Assembly: GCF_963853765.1 (NCBI RefSeq)
Contig: NC_088854.1
Coordinates: 18,104,001 to 18,168,000, forward strand
Source of the DNA: Magallana gigas
Taxonomy: Eukaryota
Direction of reading: 5' to 3'
Length of the DNA stretch: 64,000 nt
In this document: positions 1-13,149 of the stretch, in pieces
Numbering within the stretch: position 1 is the first letter of the stretch
Layout: the number at the start of each line of letters is the position of its first letter
The notes under the pieces: generated by a model
What the model saw: only the letters and a program-made list of their open reading frames with translations
What the model was told of the DNA's origin: nothing
The model's database searches: none
Translations under genes and position numbers: made by a program

Positions 1-59
1 TGGGTTTTCTGAAGGAAAAATCTGGTTATTAAAATGGTGAAAATGGTAGGTGGGCGGCT

Positions 60-500
60 GCCAAAAGGGTACCCTTATTGTACGGATAACTTCTCCTACA
101 GTTTTCAAGATAGGAAGTTGTTCTTTTGCAGATCAATTGTATATGTATATCAGAGGTGTGCATATTGCTTGGATTTTAATTTATGATAATTAATGTAAGC
201 AGTATTAGCTGTTGAACTTACCATAGTCAAATTTTGCCAAAATATTGCATATAGGGTACCCCTATTGTATGGGTAACTCCTACTACAGTTTTCAAAATAG
301 GAAGTTGTTGTTTTGCAGATCAATTGTACATATAACAGAGATGTGCATATTGGTAGGATTTTAATTTCTGATTGTAAATGAAAAAAAATACCAGCTGTTG
401 AACTCAGTCATTTTTTGGCAAAATATTGCTTATACGGTACCCCTATTGTACAGATAACTCCTGCTACAGTTTTCAAGATAAAAAGTTGTTTGTTTTGCAG
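60..500. repeat. Short tandem array of about 185-bp units resembling the oyster Cg170-type satellite / Helitron internal repeat
   Basis: GGTACCC(T/C)TATTGTA..GATAACT...TACAGTTTTCAA.ATAGGAAGTTG recurs at about 67, 254 and 436. Family assignment is from memory. Confidence 0.7.
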
Positions 501-1875
501 ATTTTATATATATATAGTATTCTACTACAGTTATTGCTGAGATCAAAGAGATGCCGTGGACATTATTCTTCAATATACCATGAACGTCATTAATAAATTA
601 TAAGATCTTAAACACATACCAAACTCGAGTCGATCATGAGTTTATAACTTAAAAACTTGCTCTTCATAAAAAAAACATTGATAACACGAGTTAGTGTCCT
701 TTAGAGCGATGTGTATTCCCATTGTTTATTTCAAAGAGCTAATTGCGGCTGTTCCAAGACCATCTCTTTCACTGCTTGTTCGTCCAAATAAAAAAAAATT
801 AATATGTTGATTATCGAATTCATTAATCTAAATTAATAAAAAAAAAAAAACATTCATAAATAATTTAAGTATGTATTTCATATTTTAAGGCATTCTTGTG
901 AACACATGCGCTACCCTTGATACAATTTTTTTTTTTTGAAAAGTCCATAACATCCAATAGATATACATGTACTTCTGTTGTCTGTAATTGAAAACCCTTT
1001 TGAACAGCTAGATCAAAGATTACTGCGATGTTTAAGTTCACAATGGAAAAAAAAATTAGCATCAGAAATATTATTGTGTACACTATGTTAAGTTCATTCC
1101 AACATTTCCATGAGAATATTTTCCCTGCAAATTATCATATCATGATAATTGAGTCAAGATTATATAACCGCTTGATCATAAGTTTTGATTACTATGTTTT
1201 ACTGAACTATGTTTTTGCCCTAAATGTTCAGGCCTAAAATGTGTGATGCAAATTATTCACCAGTATGTATTTTGTTCGGCAATATTATATAGGTACATGA
1301 ACTTAGAAAAGTCTATATATCTATATACTAGCATGCATGTTTTCATAAGACTTTCAATCATATAGAAAATTTTGCAAGTTATAGAATCATCAATTACTAT
1401 TATTCTGTTTCTTTGTGTATAGACATTATATTAAGACAGGATATTAGTGATTCATTTTTTCCCCTAAAAATGTGTATGCTCTTATTTATAATTTTTTGAA
1501 GATGTGGTATTTTTAATAAAATGGTTTAATTGACTGTTTCTCTTCATTTTACATGTGTTTTTCAACTTTATAATGTTTTTACTGAAGTAGATTCTGTAGT
1601 GACATCATCGTCTGGTCTATAACTTTTACAATAAGATAAACGTGGCACAGCTAGAGGTTGTCTTTAATCTGAGGTCAGGTCATGCCCCTGATCTAAGGTC
1701 ATTGACAAAGCTTAAGGTCATATTATGGCACTTACATGTATCTTAAAGAGGTCACACAGGGGGTGTTAGTATTTCTTGAACAAATCCAGTTTAAACTCTA
1801 GTTCTGCTTTTCTTTTGCAGCTATCAATAAAGGAAGGACAACTCTGAGAAAGAAACCTACAATGAGGTTATTATC

Positions 1876-4800
1876 ATGAGAAGAAAATGGAGAGTGGTGG
1901 TTTGCCTAACTGTGATCTTTATTTTGTATGTTTCATACAAAATATTGGAGCCAGACATCAAAAGGGAGATAATTCAGGCAGACTCAATTATCAAAGAAGT
2001 CCCAGTTGTAATGGAAGATAACTCCAGACTCAGTGAAGAGGAGGCTAACACAGATGTTGAAAAACTTGTGAAAGAGTTGCAGAAAAAATACTGGATCAAT
2101 TTTCATTACCCTCTGAAGGATTCACCATGGCGAGTTGCAGAAAAAATGGTAACAGAGAGGGAAGTGCATCCGGAATATGCACCAGAAATAGGTAAATAGT
2201 TGATATATTTGTGTTGGATATGATCTTTGAAACCAGACTTTATTGTAGGTGGCTAAATATCAAAATCCTCATTAATGACTAATGATGACAAAGTAAGGTA
2301 AATGTATTAGTCTTATTGAAGAAAAAAATATACCGTTATATATATTAATTTAATTAGGATATTGAACATGTAACAATTTTTGTATTGAGAATATCATGTA
2401 TGATTTAGACCAGGAATAATAGGTGTTTTAATTAACAGTTGGATTTTATGCTTGTAAAATATATTCATATATATGCTCTAAATAGACATAAAAAGGACAG
2501 TGAGTTGTACATGAATCTTTATCCTTTGGTCACTTGCCCAGAACTAGACTGCTAGTAATCAGCAGGCTTTTTTATGAATGCTGCAAGGCCTTTTATTCAT
2601 TTACTCTCACACAAGCCACATAAGGCCAGCATTTTTTTATTTTTAGGTTTACAAACCCGCCGCTCGGTTTTCTGAGTTTTTAGAAAAAAAATAAAATTAC
2701 AAAAAAGACCTTTTTTTTCTCCCCGACAGCAAATTTTTTCTCGTAGGAAAAGTATATCGTCATTGTTATCACAGAGGCATAAAATCTGCTCTTTTTGTGT
2801 CATGATAGCCTAAAAATTTCTTACGCATCTTTTTCTCGTGCTACATTCTTCAGAGAAGCTTCTAAAAACACTCTGCTGTGAGTTTCATACTTTGAAGTTT
2901 TACCGACAGTGTTGACCAGTGGCTAGACGAGATAGTCACACCTCACTGAACATGGCTTTGATAGTTACCTGTGCAGCTGTTTTCATGTACATCACTGTAA
3001 AATGATTCCCTTTCTTTTTGTGTTGAATTGGCATATGTATTCATTGGCTTTTTTAAAAATTTATTTTACAGAGAGAGAGAGAGAGAGGTATATTATAAAT
3101 TTCTGCAGTAACTATTCTCATGAACACATTTTAAAGTGACCTGCCTAGTGAATTAAAAAAAAAATCATATTATTGTTTGTGCATTTTCCGTTATTTTCAA
3201 TTAAAATTTACCATTACATTATTCATTGCATAGTTGTACTTTATACATGGAAATTCAACAGGATAAAATACATGCACACATATAGTTGCAGTGATTTTAT
3301 AGCTCGTCTGTTCACATTCACACTGTTATGTTTGAGTTTTCTCACATATAAACACCCAACCAATTTTGTAAATAAAATGTGAGATCAATGAAGTTGAATA
3401 TTTTTTAACTGCAGAAAACGTAAAAGTACTAAATATTTTGTATATTAATAATTAAATACTAGTATCATACAGGAGAAAACATTATTACTTTATGTACATA
3501 AAATTTAGGTTTTTTTAAAAAAATGAAATGTTGACATGTCCGACAATAGTCTGACTAGTAAATTTGAATCTCGGGCTAGTAACTTTGCGGCCAAATTTTG
3601 TAATTGCAAACCCCTGACATTGCTATATGTACATGTAATTATCAAAGCTGTATGTCTAATATTCTATTGTACTATTTCAGAGATATGTTACACAGATGAC
3701 ATACTTTTCACATGCTACACTTGATGCAGTTATACACCACTATCATGAAGTTGTCATTCATTATATTAATATTAGAATAAAGATGATGTCATAAAAGTTT
3801 TTTTTTCTCCTACAGAACTTAACGATTTTATGGTTCGTAAACCTAAAAGTAAAAAAATTGTAGGTCAAAAGAGATTTTTTTTTTTATTTCCTCCTCCTAC
3901 GAAACTTTATCATTTTGTTGTTTGTAAACCTAAAAATAAAAAAATGCTGGCCTAAAGGGGCTCTTACTGTGTGCATTTGCTTAATTAACAACAACAAAAA
4001 AATCTAATGAAAAAAGCTGAGGCATACCTTTCTAGGTTGGTCTCTGAGCCATATGCATAATTCAGAATATCCCGATCTGGCCCAGATGAAAAGGCTGGAA
4101 CCTTGTGATATCTAATGTTCTTCATGGCGCGTCTGTCGCGGGCTTGATATCGCCGATGATGTCTGGTACCATCACACTTTTCTTCTATCACTAAAGAAGA
4201 GTTGGAGCCAAACATTATTGAAGTACTCCGGAATTAAACTCAAAGAAGATTTCCTTCCTTAAATGTTTACTACACTAAGTTTTGAGGGGGAAAGTTTATC
4301 AAGTTTGTTGTATATAGCCTTGACCATGCAAGGGTTTTAAATGCTTCCTTTTTGAAATTATACTGTGATGATTAATTTTTGCATGCTGTTTAATTTTAAA
4401 ATAATTCTAATTAATCATAAATCTAGGCTCTTTTAATCTATATTTTTAAAATTTCTTGTTATATTACTTAATAAGAACTGTGTTTCTTGTCATTTGTTAA
4501 CCAAGTCACAATGATTTTAATCCTTGGATTTAGTAAAGATTAATTTAAGTATGGGTACTAGTACAGTACAGTCTACCTTTATTAATCTTTCTTTTTTTAG
4601 CCACAAACAAATTTGTTGGAAGTTTTGCTGAACATACAGCCAAGATAAATTCTAAACAAAGTACAAATACATAAACTTTGATGATTGTCTTAGGAGTAGA
4701 AACGTTTGCTATTCATCTTTTCTGCACAGCAACACATAGTTATAGTAGAGGAGTAATGGCATACACTTGTTCTAGCTGGACCATTTCAGTTATTGCCTAA

Positions 4801-7800
4801 GTGAGCATTCAGATATTTTGAACATGATTATCAGAGATTTAAATTGCTAAATGAGACCTCTGCAACAAATAAAGAAATGGTGATTATTTCTAGAAACATC
4901 AAAGTATATGTTCAGTAGTAAAATGATTGGGACTAATACTGTTTACCTGTTGATTTAATTGTCAAGGATTGGGAAATGTCATATCATAATGGTATTAGAA
5001 CCATTTTAACAAGAGCTTGAACTTTGGGTAGATGCGTCAAACAGCAATGTGATTTAAAATCAACAAGATTTGTCTAGCTTTTGAGTCTCTGCATATTTTG
5101 CTTGAAACCGCATCATTTTTAATTTGTTTTGACGCAAGAAATAGATAACTACATCCAACCAAAAGTTCAAGGTCTTGTTAAAATGGTTCTATTTAAACTA
5201 TAAAGCACTTTCTTTGGTGGGATATGAGGGTGGCAACATTGCAGAAAAATAAATGATGCATTAGTTATATTTACATCTTTTTTTAAAAAATTAATAGATT
5301 TATTGTAAAAAGTACTTGTAAGTAAAATTTACTAAATTACTGTTAATGTCCAACATTACATTACCTAAAAGAAACAGCCAAATTGTCTCCTATGGGAATT
5401 TGAGCTTGACATCATCATGATTATTTCGTGCAGTCCATGATTTTTTCTTAGGTCGCTGTAGGTTTTGACCAATCGATAAACAGGGCATGTAGATACTAGT
5501 CTTGTTGTTTCTATTGAGCGATGAATTAACTACCATACATGTATAAGTTTCCATAAGAAATTGAAACATATTCAGTGTATGTAAATATAATAGAATACAA
5601 ATACATGTACTTAAAATAAAATTCTATTTTGCTTTGATATTAATACCAATCCTCCAGATTCTACAGAATAGGATTTGTGATGAAGCATTAGACACACAGT
5701 ACTGTAATACATTAATGTGTGTGGAGTATAAAACACTATAGTAATCAGCCTATAGGGACTCACAGTAATTTGATTGGGGTAGAATAACACATCATCACAA
5801 AATGGCTGACCTTTTGCAAAAGTCAACTTGTTTTGGATTATTAAAATAACAGTGTTTTTAATGTTTACAATAATGCAACTGTCAAGGGATAAGCGCATTG
5901 GGTAATCGTTGTGTTTCATTTAAAAGTTAACTCAGAAGTAAACATTCTCGCTATTCTATAAGTTTAAATGAGGAAGCATATTTCGAATGTAAATACCAGG
6001 TATATATAATTAATGTGTTAACAACACTTCATTTTTCATATTAATAATAGGATTCATTGGTTTGATCAAGTGATTATTGGGCATTAGAGGAAGTTTTTTT
6101 GTACAATTGTTTGAAAAGTATTAGATATTTAAATTACTATGGTCTTCTTTCAAGGAAATTTCAATAGCATAAAGATTTGGAGATAAAAGCATATATATAT
6201 TTTAAATATTTCCATTTTTAAAAATATATCCCCATGAGAGTGATGAGACATAGCAAGAGGATTTTCAAAAACCAAGGAGTTCTAATCTTCTCCCTTGACA
6301 GAGTGTTAATGGTCAACAATTTTGATTGAATGCAGGCTCACATCTAACAGATTATTTTCCAGGCAACGCATATTGATGTAGATGGCATTACCATCAGCCC
6401 AGACTTTTTCTTGCTTATTAATCTGTCAAGATCAAGGACAAATCAGAAACCTTGAATTGGGATCATGAGTTGCATGTATTTAACTGTTTTTAGATTTAAG
6501 GTGGTATGGGGCATCCGTCAATATTAAGATGCATTAAAGTACATGATAATTGAACTTTCACCTGTTTAGAACTTTTAACCAAAAAATATGTTTTATGAAT
6601 TTTTGGAAAGGTAAAATTTTCAAAATCCCCAGCGGTTTTCGAACTCATGACTTAAAGATTTGTAGTGAACCTCTAACCCACTGTGTTATGATGTCAGGTG
6701 ACAATTTCTGGAAAGAAACTATGAATTTACTTTTGATTTTATTGTTTATTTTGATAAATAGTACATCACAACATGGAGGTGTCCCATACCACTTTAAAGG
6801 GGCATGGTCATGATTTTGGTCAAAAATTATTTTTTCGATTTTAATGTTTACAATGCTTCAGTGAGGCATTTTTAATAGGCGACCAAAATTTTAGTGTCAT
6901 TAGTTGAGTTTTAAGGGATCGAGATACAGAGTTTATAATTCTTTGCTATGTAAACAATTTAAAGCTTTTGTTTATATTTTGAATGTTGAAGTGACAATTC
7001 CAGTTTTAGACCTCAACTGAACGTGTTAACCAAAAGGAACTGTTTATTTATGCTTAAAATGAATAAGAAGATAGACAAAATTCAATTTGATCATAAGAAA
7101 TGCATTTTTAAAGCATTGTAAATGATAAAAATAGAAAAATAAAATTTGACCAAAATCGTGACCATGCCCCTTTAAGGTGGTATGGGACACTTCCATGTTG
7201 TGACGTATTGTTTATCAAAATAAACAATAAAATGAAGTGTAATTATGTAAGTAGTTTCTTTCCAAGTATTGTCACCTAACAGCGTAGCGTAGTGGGTTAG
7301 AGGGTTTACTACAAATCTGTAGGTCATGAGTTCAAATCCTGCTGGGGTTTTACAATTTTTAAGCTATTTTTGGGTAAATATTGTAAAATTTGAACATTCT
7401 AAACCTTTGAAAGTATTTCAATTATTATGTACTTTAATCAACAGATGTCTCAAACCACCTTCAAGAGGAGTTCAATGAGCAACAGCTTGAGTTTTGATCT
7501 ACTCACCCTGTACTCATTGTGAGCTAATTAACAATGGATGTATTAACCTAAAGCTTCACATTGCTCTTGTTTTTCACTTTTTATACATTTTTAAGCTTTC
7601 AGTTCTTAAGAAAACGTCTTTTTTGCCTGCCTAATTTTTAGAACAATCATTTGGTAGAAAAAAATCCCTTGTAATCTACAGTAGATGGAGATGGAGGATT
7701 TAACATTCCTTTACTGTACTAGGGCTCAATAGAAACACTTACCCCACTATTGACCAGCGCAGCTAGGGATCACAGTATTAGAAGAGGTCATTATGATAAA

Positions 7801-8429
7801 AGCAGTGATTATCATTTGGAAATTGAACTCCGTACATTTCACTGTCAAAAGCCATTTCCTATTTTGTCAATAATCTGGTCAAAAAACTTGCCAAACTGAT
7901 CTATGTTGTGCGTGGTGGGGCAACAGCATGTGGATTCTCTAAATTACCGATGGAGTTGGAGCTTGAAAATCAATGACTTTACCTCTCTCTCTGTCAACAT
8001 CCACGTTTCTGGCTTACACACACATATAAAAAAATGGAACATACTACTGAAGACATGTTTTTACTTTTAACAGTGCCAAGTATACAATTTGTTCATTTGT
8101 CTCAACACTCATACTTTTAGTTTACGTCAGAATAATTGCCAATACATCTGAAGCTGATTACCTGGTACATTAATGAATTGTTAGATGAAAGTTACAGTGT
8201 TTTGGATATGGTAATTTATTGTTTAAAAGTGAAATTTGAGGACATTTTAGGTCGTGCAGTGTAGATCTAATAGTATTACGGCTTATGCATTTTCATAGTG
8301 TCAGGATCACAGTAGTGTCATTGATTATTTGGCTAGAGATATCAAGTAGGTGTTTATATTATTCATGATCTAGCTGACATAAATGCTGAGAAGTTTAATT
8401 GCCCTGAGCAAAAAAGAAATTCCCAATCC

Positions 8430-8486
<57 letters not shown>

Positions 8487-11400
8487 TTAAATTGCTGAAT
8501 AATGAAAGTGTTTAGACTGAATTATTTTGGTTTTCAGCAAGTGAAAAAATGCAACTTGTTTTTGGCTACTGATGAAGTTAAAATTTACATATATGCAATT
8601 TGCTATTGAAATGGTTCAATCTGCATATCTATACTAGTTGCATGAGACAATTTGACAGACTAAACAAGAGGATCTAAAAGTCTACCATCATCTTACCTTT
8701 TTCTTTCATCTAGAAGTCCAAATAATCAACACTGAATGAATTCCTAGTTAACTCCTCTGTACAGTGTATATTGAACCTTCAAAGTGTGATTTTGCTAATA
8801 GACCGATACCAGTAAAGTCTCATAATATTATAAAGAATAATTCATGAAGTCTCTCCAGTTGCATACTTCTGCTTTAGTAAAGTATAAACTCCTACCTGTA
8901 ATTATGGCATGTTCATTATAAGTGTTCCCATACTCTTTCATGATTGATCAAAATGGAATTGTGGTAGCGATCAATTCTGTGTATGTAAAATGTTTAAATA
9001 GATCATATTTGTTTGTGGTGTTATAAATACCCTCTTACATACATGTATTTATTGGAGAACCATTTTTGAGGTTCCTGTGTATTGATTTATAGTGTCCTCA
9101 CACAAAAGAGAACTCATGAAGGTCACTGAACAATGATGTAGTTTTCAATACTAATCATTGGAAACTGAATCATTGACATGGTTATTTTAAAGCCCCTTTC
9201 AGAATTGGTGCATGAGCAGAAGGGACAAAATATTCATGTGACCAAAAAAATTACCCAGTAGATATGGCTCAAAAACTGTTGCCAAAGTAATCCCATATGA
9301 AAAGTACTTGTACAAAACTCGCACGATTCAGAGCGACTGTTGTGCGATGTAAACACATTGAATCTTGCAATATATCTTGCAGCTATATTCAACTGTTGTA
9401 CAATAAAAGCGGGTGTTGTAAGATAATGCGATATGATTGCATGGAAGACCAGTTGATCGGACTACTGCATGAACGTGCGGCAATGCGATAGAACTTGTGG
9501 TGCTCGTTCGATCATGCGTTCCATCGTAGGAATGCTCGAACGAGTCAGAGGGGTATACATACTGCCCATTTCCGATGCTCTTCAGTAAACAGATATGCTG
9601 ATACAGTGTATACTGTAGAAAAGAGCTATGTTTACTTTCGCTCATTTCGTTCTTTTTGTCAGTTAGCAAATTAAGACTTGGCAAAATCCATTGTCTTATA
9701 TTGTCTCTCTTTTACCACAACATTGTTGGAGCGAATTCAAGACGAGGGAAAACCGTAAGTAGAAGCGATAATATCATGGGGCGAAAATAACCCTGTATCC
9801 AGTATATACTATTATTATACTTTCATGTTAAATACTGAAATCTGATTGGTTAAGACGCAGTTGATAATCCGTTCTATTACCCTCAGCGTTAGCAACACCC
9901 TTGGCAAAGGGTAACACAACGAATTGTTACATGCGCGTAAATTATGCGCGTACGGTTCACCATAAAATTCACAACACATCTATATGAAAACAGAGTTTTC
10001 TTTGCACTGAAGACATTCAGTATAATAAAATAAATAGTGCCTGTTTGGGAGGGTAAGAGTTGAAATTGACCCCGAGAAAACCATGAAATTGACACCCCGA
10101 GAAAACCATTGTCAACCGACGGGAAGCAGAGGTTGACAATGGTTTTCGAGGGGTGTCAATTTCAACTCTTACCCTCCCAAACAGGCACTATTTATATAGT
10201 GGCATCCATGGAAACTGAAACCGATAAATCTTGCAATGACAGTAAAACATTGCAAGATAACGAGACACATTGAGCAACAGTCTCATGGTTGCCAAAACAT
10301 GCATAAACGGCTGCAAATTATCTTACAATCTTTGAAAATTGTGCATCGCTCTTGCGAGTACAGGTGCACAAAACATTGTAAAACGTTTGTACTAATGTTT
10401 GTGCATTGCAATAATTTGAATACGGTTTGAATAGTGTGCATGTCCATTATTTTAAGGAGACTTGATTTGACCACAAAAAACGCATGCAACGAATGCAAAA
10501 GCTCACGCAACGAATGCTATAGCTCATGTGAAGCCAAAATATTCCAATTGCAAAGTGTTGAAAAGTGCCTGTGCGCCAATTGTGATAGGAGCTCAAAACT
10601 CGCAAAATCCTTTGGCCAAGTAGATTTACTAATTAATGAATAGTGCAGTTTTTAGTCCTGTCAGTTTCTATTGAGCTATGAATTACAATCAATTTTTGTA
10701 AGAAACAGAGGGAATCATACTTCATTGATGTAAATATTTTGCTATATTATATATATAATGGCTACATTTTATATCTAATTAACTATTTCATAAAAAATTC
10801 ATAAAAATTAGTATAGTGAATTGGGTAAACACATCTTTACTTCTACTTAACTATAGCTATCATTTTTGCATACTGAAGCATTAAATACCATGAATATACC
10901 TTCTTTGAAACCTAATATAATTTATTGTAAATTGAAGGAGTCATGTGAAAATAAAGAGCTGCTTTTCAAATCTATAAAAAAGTGTGTTGTAAAATATGTA
11001 AATTTTTCACCTCTATTGGACTTTTTCATTTCACTATATAAAAAACAAGTATGTTAGCAATAGAACTTTGCAGGGGAACACTTAATTGATATTAATTAAT
11101 AAAACACTTTCAGTTTTAAATGTGATATTGCAAGTACTGATAAAATCTGGAAAGAACATTTCAAATACTGTAGAAATGTTAATTTGCTTTTGTTTTGTTA
11201 ATTTGTAATAAACATAAACATCACCATGCATATCAGCCATAATTCTACCAATAAATTTTCAATGTTGAATCCATGCTTTGAGTATTGCCAGCTGTCTTGT
11301 TTTACAGGTGGCTTTTTTTTTTTTTTAAGATTAAGAGTATATTTATACGTGGTAATTTAGTTAAAGGTTAAATAGTTTGTAATTGTATACTAGATTATTT

Positions 11401-13096
11401 AAAATATGCTGTCATCCTAAATTGAGGCAACTTTGTACATTGATCAAGTGATTTTGAACTATTGGAGAGCTTAAATTGGCTTTGATTTTTTACATGCCAC
11501 TTTCTGTGGATAAGGATATGAAAAGAGGGAAAACGTCAATAAATCTTTTCAGCTACAACCTTATTAAGGCTGGCAGTCTAGTGATACAAGAGCCTCATAG
11601 CCACATGTTTAGTATGAATGTTATTGTTTGGGGAATACATGTTTGTTGCAGTTAACAAACTTTAATTACAGAAGCTGTTATGTTACCAAAAACTACAACA
11701 AAACAACAAAATCATACTCCTTAGACAGAGAAACTGACCTGTATATATTGAATTTTGAAAAAAAACAAAGAAATTGTACATGTATTATGTAATATGACTA
11801 CATATGATTTTTAAATGTTATTGTAACAACTACCTTAAACTATATAATATAATTAGCATGTCAATTAAGATTTAATTACAATTACCGGTATTTTGCAATT
11901 TTAAGAAAGTCAAAATATTCAAAATAATGATGAAAATACCTCCATGAAAGGTGTACAAATATGTTATAGAATTATGACATGTCTAAGTAAGTATCCATGC
12001 ACAAAAATTTAGATTAAAACATAAAGCAGATCAACATTAGTTCAATTCAAATTGGATGAACCAGCTAGTTGACCAGATCAGATTTCAGGTTACATGTGTA
12101 TTAAGGAAGAGCAGTTCAAAGTCTGTCCAGTGTGTTAAGGTTTTGATTCTTGATGTCACGGAACATATACACTGCATGTACAAGTATTTGATGTAAAATG
12201 AAGTGAATATGCATGTTAACATGGTAAAGGAAATTCTATTTGTTGATGACACTTTAAGACTTCCTTATGTGTCTGAGGATTCTTTGCCAGAGTCAGCCTT
12301 CAGATTAAATGTTTCATACAAGAAAGTAAAGCAATATATTTTGCCTGAAGAAAAATGACTTTTCATTAGGACTTGAAAAGAGAATTGGTCAATAGCTTTC
12401 TTTTGCCCAAATCACTCTCTCTGCTCTCCAAAACAACTGTCAATCAAGTACTGATTTATAAGTTTCTGAGCTTATTATTTCACTAGATACAATGTTTTGT
12501 TTTACATTACAAGTAATGTTGCATGGTTTTTCTCTTTTACACAAAATCAATTTGATATTAAAAATCTAGATTGATTTGAAACAGCGGAAATATATTCTTG
12601 TTGGATAACCACCAGCACATGCATATTCATTTTGGGAATCATTGATTGATGCTGTCTTTAAATTGATTAGAGTGTTGCAAGCATCAAAACACAGGATGCA
12701 TGCTCCATATAAAATATTGATAAAAGAAGATCACAAATTAAATATTTTATTCCTGTTCTTAGTCAGGTTTAACACTTATGGCAGATATTTATTGATGCAT
12801 AGAAGATTTATTTGTCAGACTGGGAGTCTGATGCAACTTTTTATTATTTAAAGAGTATGGTAGATAATTGCTTTAGAAAACTTTCAGAGTATTTCAAAAA
12901 TCAATTTTGCTGCAATGGTAATATTAAATGAATACTGTAGATAGTGTCTATTAAAGATATCATTTCAATGTCTCAGCGTGTAATGTCTTTATGGAGAGGG
13001 ATATGGGGGATATAGGAAAAGGAGGAGAGACATCTTCAGATTTATATATATGTAGAGGCTGTCTACGGTCTGTCAACCATCAACTTTTTATACAGT

Positions 13097-13149
<53 letters not shown>

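Noticed and set aside
7280-7350. tRNA-like sequence (also about 6625-6690, 22082-22165, 24735-24800, 45505-45570)
   Set aside because: Stems are incomplete and the boxes degenerate; each lies within a MITE or SINE, so these are not tRNA genes.
9297-10643. Cluster of short Cys-rich ORFs
   Set aside because: They lie in repeat-like DNA around the MITE/Crypton stack, with no splice support or domain pattern.
7830-12480. Further minus-strand exon-like patches in FAM20B intron 1 (about 7830-7945, 8690-8745, 8875-8965, 12090-12175, 12230-12350)
   Set aside because: Most frames hit stops before a donor, and I could not chain them to the nested-gene candidates.
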